Positions 53,817 to 64,000 of a stretch of 64,000 nt of DNA are shown piece by piece. How positions within the stretch are numbered: the first letter of the stretch is position 1; each line of letters begins with the position of its first letter. The notes below the pieces were generated by a model. The model had not been told where the DNA came from and made no database searches. It saw only the letters and a program-made list of their open reading frames with translations. This stretch comes from Chrysomallon squamiferum. Taxonomy: Eukaryota; Animalia; Mollusca. The position numbers and the translations under genes are program-made. The DNA is taken from contig CM022671.1 of the NCBI GenBank assembly GCA_012295275.1, positions 13,764,001 to 13,828,000 on the forward strand. Reading direction: 5' to 3'.

Positions 53817-56800
53817 ATGGACAAGATATGTAGGTCATCAAGAAGTCCAGTGACACCATCTGCTCCCCCTGAAGAATTTGTCAATGAAAATCAGCTGGCA
53901 TTTTACACTGAAGCCAGTGTACAAAGAGATTCACTAGTAGCCCCAACAGCTCCTCCAGAAGATCATGTCCATGAAAGACCATCTGTTCTAAGCTCAGGCG
54001 GTGAAGTACATGAAAAGAAAAAGAAAGATTTACAAATCCCTAAATTTGATGAAAAGTCGATTTCACTAGACCCAAGTCTTAATCTTGTCAGTGAATCCTC
54101 ATATTTGCTGGAATTTCTGCAGAGAGTGGATCGACATCCAGAGCTGTTTCATGGACCCATTGTAGATAATGCATTACAGCGATATGAAAAATATTGGCTT
54201 CCTTTAGCAGCTAAATTTCCAGGCCACTGTTTGATAGCACCTTTAGATATTGACTGGGTATGGTGTTGTCATATGTTGTGCCCGACATCATATCGAAAAG
54301 ACTGCCTGTCTCTGGTGGGAAAGGTTGTTGACCATAGACTTATTCCACAGAAAGATCGAGAGCAACTGCTTAAAGAAAGTGAAGATCTGTGGAACAACGA
54401 ATATCCATCAGTTCTATTCATTGTTGATAAGACTTTAGACATCTCACCTGACCCTCATTTCAAATCACAGTTCTCATATGACATAGCATCAGCAGTTACA
54501 AGACAGAAGTCATTTTATTATCAGGTCTCATTACCTCATTACAGAGATGAAAAATTCTTAGAAAGCTGTGTTCTAAGATATAGAAAGTTCCTCCATCTGA
54601 AGCGCTGCCATCCTAAGCATTTTATTGTGCCTTGTTATGACATGGATCTTGTCTGGCATGCTCACCAGCTTCATCCTGAAATTTATTATCAAGACACAAC
54701 CCGACTTTTTGGACATTTGTTTTCACATGATGATACCGTTACTGATCGGTCTCCTCATTCTCAGCTGAACATATCCACCAATAGGACTAAAATTCTTTGG
54801 AAACGAACATTTAATGAACATTACTCATCATTTGGTAGCATGTATCGAGGTGAGAGTCCCCGGGGTAAACTCTATCAGCTAACAAAAGAAAATATTCTTA
54901 AATTAGGCACCAAGAAAACATCAGTCTTGTTACAGTCTTTGAAAATGAGTGGCCTTCCATCAGACATAAGGCATTTCAAATTACGAATCTGGTACAAAAC
55001 AGGTTATCAAAATTTTGGACGGGCTCTTTCTGTTGATGACACCATAATCAAACTATGTGGAAACAGAAAGAAATTCTGTCTGGAGCAGAAGGTCATGTCT
55101 CAATTTGAATTCAACACAAAGTATAATGACAAGATATACTGCATTTTGTCAGGAAAGTATGGTGCTTTTTGTACTGGAAGCAACGAAAAACTGGGTCAAG
55201 GATGCTGTAAACTGAATGAAGTGATAGAAAATCTTGATAACAGTACAGATGATGATGTATCAACAAGCATTGATGTCAGTTTTGGTGATGAAATGATTGC
55301 TAAGTGCTATTTTAGAGTGACTCCACCCAAAGCTGGTGTGTGTATTTTTCGGCTAGAACTAGGACAATTTGAAGAGTGTGTGATGCCCGAATATGTTGAA
55401 CAGATGTGGGGTCCAATAACTCTGAAGAAACTGCCTACTGGAGTGGAGAACAAATGCTCTGTTGCATCTCATAGGTGAAATCTTTATTTTGTGTTTATAT
55501 TCTGTAATGTTAAATTTTCAAAGCAAATGTAATTGTTATATAACATTAATTCATTAATTAAAAAAAATATATCAATATAAAAATATATATATATTGCTAG
55601 ATTCAGTGGTTTTATTTCATACAGAAGTTTATATTGAAATGACAAATATTGTAAAACAGATTTAAGTGTTTCCATTGTAAATTGAAGTAATTAGAAAAAT
55701 CTATACTATTATATTTAAACATTTATATACACTAATTATTTTTAATCTAAAAAAAAATGTTTAAATTTTAAAAAACTTCATTTCCTATTAAAATTATGAT
55801 AACTTTATTTCAAGACTTCTAAACCACATGAAAGCAGTGACCTTCACCTGTCGAATCATCCACTCACTGCCACTGCTGATGTCAGCCGTACAGGTGTTTT
55901 ATCATGATAACCTGGCTGTCATAGCTCATCTGATTGGTCCAGAACAACTTCCTCTTCCCACACAGGTAAATAAAATGTTGTTATATACCATGTTGTCAAC
56001 AATATAAATTATTGTTTAATATATTGAAAACCAATGTCCACAGTATGAAAACTGTAATCTGTTAGTATGTTGTCAGTAACCAAAACATTAATAACTCACA
56101 GTGTTTTAAAATTTGATTGGACAAATATTGGTGATATTTGTTAGGTGCAAGTGCCAGATTTGGATGTAGTGATCATTATTATTATTATTATTATTTTCTT
56201 TTTAATTAAACCAGCAGGTATAATAGTAGTTGAAAATTGACAATCTATTAAAATTTGATTCTTCTTGCACAAGAAAAATATAGTAATAGTGTAATATTTT
56301 TTACACAGATAATCAGTAAGCAGTTATTCTTTATAGTATATGAGTCTGTTATGCATTTTTTAAGAAAAATATGATCTCTTAAATAAATAATAGCCATATA
56401 GTAATTCTATCATGTAGCTTATCATACATATTAATAGTTAATATAGTTAACCAGTAATTCTTATAGAAGGTAGAAGATGATAATGTGTTGAAATTTTATT
56501 GGAACAACATAGGAAAGATATTGTATCAATCTTTGCCATAGATAATTTTCATTATATAAAATTGATTAAAAAAATCTTTATAATTATAGTTAGAAATCAA
56601 CCATGTTTTAAAAACTGATTGGTCCATATAAGTTAATCCACGATACATATATTTTTTCTTTCTGTATAACTAATAAATATTACAATAAAGTGATGATCTA
56701 TTTTATAATTAGTATGAAATCCTGACCTACCTCATTAGACATTTATTTCCCTATTTAGGTAGGTCAGCCAAAAGCATGTGTTACATTTATTCCAAAGAAG

Positions 56801-59029
56801 GGTGAGAGAGCAATTCTAATCAAGAACCATTCGGGAGACTGGGGAATTATTGTAGGTAGATGGACAGGTGTTAGAAGACCAGTACGAAGAGTAAGAGGTT
56901 AGTGATTCTAATTACAAAACACCATTTAAGGGAAAAGAGATAGAAAAAGATTATAATATAGTTCAAATGATTAATGAAAGAATATGTGTCAAAGATTTAT
57001 AATGAGGTTAAATGAAGAAAAAGTTTGTGTTTGATAGTTTTTGGATTGTGTGTCAAATTGAAGAAATTTTTTTTGTTTCTGAATATAAATTGATGTCAGT
57101 TTTTCTGACAAGGTACAATGACAGTAAAAGAAATGTGGTTAAAAACAAATTGGTAGTTACAAAATACTCACAAATTTACTTTCTTTTTAGTACCATCTAT
57201 ACAATTTATGCATTTGATCTATTTTTTATTTTTTTGCAGCAACAAGCACAAGAAAAGGTCGACGAGGAATTCCAGGTTGTGCAGGTTATCTAGAAGTAGA
57301 ATTTTATAAGATGCAAACACGTACTTGGGAAAAAGTTGCACTGGAACAAGCATATGCTTCATCTCTGTTCAGTTTCAACATCGATGATGCCAAAGTGGAG
57401 CTTGACCATGGCCTGATCGAAATCAAGGAAGGGTCGGTGAATGTTGCAGAAAACATAGCTTTAGCATTTAGTATAGCTTTACTTCATGTCCTTTGTCAGC
57501 CTCATCCAAAAGGCTGGAAGCCAGGCGAAACAGAAAATAATGATACAAACAGAAATAACAGATGCATTGCATCAGTCACTTCAGAAAATTTAGCTCTAGT
57601 TGTTGCTTGTGGTTTTATGATAGCAACTCCATGCAACTTTTATCTACGGTCAGTATTTTCTGCTCATAGTCATGAGAACATGAAAGATAATGTAGAGGGA
57701 ACTGGTCTTGGAGGGATCGGAAGTAATTCAGATAGCAGAAGTGGCTGGTGGAATCACAGTGGAGAACAGGAACACCATGATATGAATAATCGTGTAGGAC
57801 AAGAAGCTTTGGTTATTGGAGTTGGGTTTGGTGTAACAGTTGGTGAAGAGAATGAAACCATTATCACTTCCAGGACAGAGGAGAAAACCAACAATGTTGA
57901 TGAATCAGTAGATAATGATGATCATAATCTGACCAATGAAGACCACAGTTTAACTGATGAAGGTGGTAATGATAGTGGAAATGACAATGGTGTTGGTGGT
58001 GCTGATGTACCAAATGAATTTAGTTTGGATGAAAGTTACTGTCATGATGTAAATGAGACTCATGGCTCTGGGACAGACAGAGGGGATGACAGTTTTGATG
58101 TAACAGGAGATGAACACCTGCAGCATGAATTAAATACAGGTGCTGATGATGTCTCAGAAAATGGAAGTTTAGGTAACCATGGTCATGAATCTGATGACAA
58201 TGTTCAGTTTAGTTATGTAAATGATTCTCATGAGAATGAAGGAGTAAAGGATGATAGTGATGTTGATGATTTTAATGATGTAGATAAATCATATGACAAT
58301 GATGGAATAAATGGTGATAATGATGTTGATGATTTTAACAATGGACATGAATTGGATACTGATGAATTAAATAATGAAAATGAAGACCATGAATCTTTTC
58401 AGAATGAAAATGCCTCAGACAATCCTGAGTTTGGAAATGATGACTTTGAGAATGACTCCACTGATGGATTTGGCTATCAAGACAATGAATTTGAAAATGA
58501 TAATGATTTTTCTAATGATTTTTCTAATGATGGAAATATATTTGATAATGGTTATGGCCAAGATGATGAAAACAATGATGGTTTTATTGGAAATGATGCT
58601 GATAATGATGTTTTTGGAAATGATGTGAATGAGTTTGGATTTGACGATGATGTTATATTTGGGTATGAGGCTGATGATACTGGTGAAGGATTTGGCTATG
58701 ATCTGGATGGGGGTGCATTTGGGTTTGAAAATGATGGTTTTGTAGGTGCTGCTGTTAATGATGATGGTATATTTGATTTTAAATCTGGTGGGGATGATGG
58801 CTGGTATCCTAGTGAGAGTGGAGGATTTTGTGATAGTGGAGGTGGCAATGATGACATTGGTACTTTCACTGATGATGGTGGTGGAGGTGCATTCTCTTAT
58901 GATGGGGGTGGGGATAGTGGTGATGCTGTATTCAGTTATGGGGGTGATGTTGGAGACAGTGGTGTAGGAGGAGATGGAGGAGCTGGTTGTGGGGGTGGTG
59001 GATGTGGAGGAGGTGGTTGTGGAGGATGA
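53817..59029 (+). CDS. GRDP / DUF1399 paralog 2 with N-terminal P(S/T)AP extension and long acidic tail, about 1245 aa
   Basis: Exons 53817-55474 (acceptor ends at 53791), 55815-55965, 56759-56897 and 57240-59029. Internal exons are 151 and 139 nt with the same phases as paralog 1. Same DUF1399 repeats; the protein ends GCGGGGCGGGGCGG*. The true start could lie in an upstream exon. Confidence 0.9.
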
Positions 59030-62000
59030 GGTCAGCAAAATCAAACATGATTAAATTTTGTATGATAGAAAAATAAATTCTGTCTTGAGATATGATATAT
59101 ATTTTTTAAAACTCTTAGTTTGGTCAAATATTCCACTTGGCTTGAAAATGAACTTACTTACTTTTTCTGGGTTTTTTTTTTTTTTTTTAATGTTTTTGTT
59201 ATTATTACCACTTTTTACAGTTTTTTATTTTTTTTTTTTTATTTTATTGTTTTAGTTTACTTTCATATTTGCTAAATGACAGATGTGGCCATTATTTCTT
59301 AATTAAAATTATATCTGGTTAATTTCAATGTCATTCTGTTAAGTGCTAGATTTATCGGCTCAACTTTCAACAAGTAAGATTAGTTCCTATCAAACCCAGC
59401 AGGCAGCTTTGAGCATTTAAAGTGTCACTTTAATATTTCTCCCATCCCTTTTGTGGTAAATTTACTTGAATAAAACAAGAATTTCTTTAAATTGTATGTA
59501 ATGTGAAATAGGGGTATTGTTTTTACTATATTGTGGTTGTATGTAATTTAACTGCTGTGTAATATGCTTAGCATAATAATGTAATGTTTGCACATCTAAA
59601 TAGTGTCTGTAAGTAGATGTCAATATAATAATTATGTGCAATCTCAGATTTGAGTGGTTCGATTATTTGTTTTTTTTTATCTCTAGGCTTACTTGGTTCA
59701 CTCTGGTCATTTAGCCGTTGTTTTTATATTTCTTCTGTTGTTCTTTTTATTTGTTCTGGATACATGCATCATTGTTATGATTTTTTGTCACTGTTTAACT
59801 TAATATTTGTATGTATTTTTCTTTTTTGTTTGTCGTTTTTTTAAGTGGATCATCAACAGAATTTCAAATACAGTTCATAAATGAACTTAATGTTTCTCTA
59901 ATGATCATGTATTCAGCTCTACAGTTGTCACCATTATGTCATTCCATTATAAAAATAAAAGAATTTGCTCATTTTTCATAATTTTTTTACACAACTCTTG
60001 CCTAATTTTTAAAAATTAAGTTTTGTAAACTTTTTTAATTTTATATATTTCCATTGGTCTCTATTTTTTATGTCAGTTTTTATTTTTCTTGCTCAGTCAA
60101 ATTTTAAAATATGTGTATGTTTAAAGATGATCGTTAAAAAACAAACAAAAAAATAAAATAAAGTAATTTTTTTTTTTTCAAACTGTAGTTTCTTACTGAA
60201 GCATTTATAAGTTTTGATATTACTTTTTAGAATGCATACCTTGTATTAAGTTTGAAGTTTTGTACTGTTTACACCAAATATATCACTGAACCAAAGCATT
60301 TTATATTATTATTTTAAATTTATTTTGTTTTGCTGTTCTTTTTTGACTGTAATATCTTAGAAATGTGTCTATTTCTTTTTATTCTTTTTATCAAATATTT
60401 TTTTTAGTTTTTGATAATTTTTTTTAAAGAAATACAACATAAGCTAGAGTAGTTTTTTAATTTGAAAAAGTCAGTTATGAACTATGCTAATAATTTAAGA
60501 AGTGTGTATGAAATTTTAACTGATAAAGCTACTGTTATCATCAATTTTTACCAAAGAATTAAGTTTGTTTGGTGTTTTGTTTTTAGTGTACAGAAATTTA
60601 AGTTTTCAGATTTGAAAATTTACCGTATTTAGTCAAAATAGAAGATGGCGCAAATTTTTCAAACTAGTCATTTGGATAATTTTCTTTGTACAATTCATTA
60701 TTGTGAATTTAAAATTTAAAAAAAAGAAATTCCAGATTCTTTTGATAGAAAATTTGGTGTTTTGATTAAATGTTGGCCTATAATTCTTAATATATATAAT
60801 TAAAAGTCATTAATGTTCTGTAGATGTACTTTATACTGAACAAAAACATTCAAGAATCACAAAATAGTTACATCTTTTTATTGGTTGTTCTTTTATGTAA
60901 TAGTTAATTTTGACTCACTAAATACACTTACTTTTTATATCAATAATTTGTATTTTTAAAATGAGTACAATCATTTCACATAAGAAAATATTTCATAATC
61001 CTTTTATTTTTATTTTTTCATTATGTATAAAATTCATTTTCATATTTAGAAATTCCATTATTTAATATTAACAGTTAAATTGCTTTTAATATAACATTTC
61101 ATATTGTATTTTAAACTAATAAATGATTCATGCAATAACAAATATTTCATGCTGATTAAAAAAATTATTTGTAGTAATAATAAAGTTTTTATAACCATTT
61201 TTTAAAATCTTACATAAAAAAAGAAAAAATTATTGTTTAAAAAATTATAAAATAAGATTTAATGCTCAAGATGTTGATATTTGCTCATTGATGCTTACTG
61301 AGTTTATTGCATAGCTTATTAATTTGTGTACATAGAGTGTTTTATATGCTTCAATGGCATTTTCACTGAATGTTGCCAATATGATACACATTTAAACATT
61401 TATTTATAAATTTTATACTTATCCAAGATAACTTTGTTTAAATTAACAGTTAACAACTTGAGGATATTTTTAACAAGAAAGTTAATTCATGGTATCCTCT
61501 GATAGTTTGAAGTAAATTCTGAAGATATATTTCTTGTATAAAAGTTTAGAGATTCTTAAATTATCAGAACCTTAAATTTTCATAAATGACACTAAATCTG
61601 GGTGAAAAATTGCAAAGATTATTAATTTATCTGTACTACATTGGGAACAGCCAAAAATAAATACTTTTTGTTTGTTAATTTTCTAATCTGCTTAATATTT
61701 CTTGACCAGCTAATGTACTATTTCACAAACAATATATGTGAATTTTAATTGGCTAATTCGCTTGTTTCTCTAATTGTCTATTGAATTTATGTCATTAGTA
61801 GAAATAACCTCCTTATGGGAGATAACAGTTACAGTTACTGTACCCTTTATAAATCAGATTTATTGGTTATTGTTTGTTAATTTTTTATTTTTGAAAAAAG
61901 TCATTTATAATGTACCTTAAAAAGGTGCAACTTTGTTGCTTTATTGTTGAATTTGTGATAAATAAATGGCAGAAAGGAAAGATTAATTATAACAATTCTT

Positions 62001-63669
62001 TCTTGTAGATTATGAAATATAATAGGTTTAAAACTATTTTTAAAATTAAGCATTTGGTGATATTAATCATAATTAATTAAAATTTTAAAAATATATAATT
62101 AAGAACAAGTTTTAACTGTTCCTTGTAAATTGTGATATACAGTAGAAATAGAATCATTACACATACTGAAATGTTACATCACTATTATTCATTAATTGTT
62201 TATTTTTCATTTCTTTTTATATATATATATATATATATGAGAGAAAAACATTACATAAAGAACATGCTTTTGTTTTATTTTTTTTTTTTTTCTTATTTTG
62301 TTTTATCTGATATATGTTGTCAGTTAAAGGTTCTTGTACGTTTATTTATTATGTATCTCTTACAGTTTCTAACATGTCTAAACTTTTATTAATTAAGTGT
62401 ATCTTACTTTAAAGCAAATATTTTCAAATATTGTTTTATGTATTCTTCAACAAAAATGAGTATTTATGAAGGCTGACAATATTATTATTTCATACATACA
62501 GATACAATTCCTGAAATATTGAGGAAATAACTTCTAAGTTGAGGCATCATATCTGTTTACCTTTCTTTGAATTTAAAAAAAGAAAGCAAAATTAATGATA
62601 AAATGCTTTCACAATAAAATGGATAATACCAGCCTCTCTATAATCCTCACAAACTTATTTTATTGTTACACCTTAAATATTTGTGAAAGTAGGTTACTAG
62701 ATATTCACAACAAAATAATTAAAGAAAGAAAGAAAGAAAGAAAGAAGGGAAGAAAAAAAAAAAAAAAAACACAGAAACATTAACCCATATGTATAGATGG
62801 TAACATGGAATATTATCAAATAATCAAATACCTGAATTCAAGCAAGAATTATCTTCTGCATAACAACTGGGCAAAGAATTAAAGTAACGGAATTAGGAAA
62901 TACAATTTAAAATTGTATGATATATAATCTAAAAGTATCATTTGTACCATATTTTGCACACTTATTTATATTTTAAAATTATATAAATGAATGTTATATT
63001 TTGTATCCTACTATTGTATTTTATAAAAAGAATTATATTAAATATCAGTCAATTATAATCATTATAAATACTGAAATAGATTATACTAGTATATTCACAT
63101 AATATAACTTACATATAATGTTATAATTCTTATCTGAAATGTATATCCATATCAGGTGTTTTGAAATATTTTCTAGCTAAATACCACTTAACAAAATGTA
63201 ATGATATTAAACAAAAATAGAGAAACTATAATACTCTACCTATAGCAAAGATTTACTAAATGTATTTGGACCTAAAATACAATTTATTTTTGTTTTGTTT
63301 TCTATTTTTAATTGATCTGCATTTTCATTTATAGGCAAATCTAGCCAATATTTCATAATAATTAATAGATCTGTGTTGGAATCTCATTAGTCTAAATTAC
63401 AGGCTGAAATATCAGTTTGTATGTGCTATAAATGACATAAATACATTTTTGTTTAAATGTAAATGATTAATTATTGTTCTTACTAAAACATGATAGCTAA
63501 TGTGGGTGTGGTTGTGGGAATGAACTGGAACGACCTGTCCAAATCTGAGAAGGGAGTACTAATTTACAAATGCATTCTCTCTTTTCAAAGTAATTGTTTC
63601 AAAAACACAATACCAAATTCCCAAGTAACAATTTCAAAACAAACACAAAAAGAAACTGAATTAATAATG

Positions 63670-63704
<35 letters not shown>

Positions 63705-64000
63705 TTAGGACATAGTGATATACTGTTGATTATTAATGTTTTTCACTGAAATGTGTGTGCTTTGATAAAGTGTTTTGCTTGCAGTTAATAATTGATCAAA
63801 CTATGATGTTGTGGTATATTTACAGTATTTACATCGTTGATTAATGACAAAACAACTAATGATCTGTCATTAATTTTAATTGAATGAAAAATGTTAATGC
63901 ATTTTTGGAAATGGAAAAATAAAATTATTAAACACATGCTTATAAATTACTATTATGTTCAAATAATAATAAAGAAATAAAAGATAATAATAATAAGAAT

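Noticed and set aside
58374-59044. 209-aa Ile/Thr/Ser antisense ORF and Met-rich alternative frames
   Set aside because: These are shadows of the GAT/AAT/GGT-rich acidic tail of paralog 2.
59030-64000. Long AT-rich tail of the window with short ORFs
   Set aside because: Low-complexity UTR or intergenic sequence with no recognisable coding or RNA feature.

Overview
AT-rich, microsatellite-laden animal genomic DNA with GT-AG introns; a lophotrochozoan or mollusc-like invertebrate is my inference. In order, the window holds: a decayed MULE transposase; a hAT-like MITE; an intact 6-exon cyclin-Q gene (CCNQ/FAM58A, minus); a decayed KRBA2/SCAND3-type integrase transposon lacking most of its catalytic core; a divergent single-exon ninjurin (minus); an intronless, bacterial-looking GH31 glycosidase pseudogene (plus); a single-coding-exon Mab-21/cGAS-fold gene with a degenerate active site (plus); a young hAT MITE with perfect TIRs and TSD; an intact 9-exon queuosine salvage gene (QNG1/C9orf64, minus); and two tandem GRDP/DUF1399 paralogs (plus). 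The GRDP pair is the most unusual feature. Both copies have His-rich DUF1399 repeats and Cys/Gly tails ending in -CGG. The second copy also has two N-terminal P(S/T)AP motifs and a roughly 440-aa Asp/Asn/Gly/Phe-rich tail insert. Exon boundaries were read by hand. Family assignments come from recalled motifs, not database searches.
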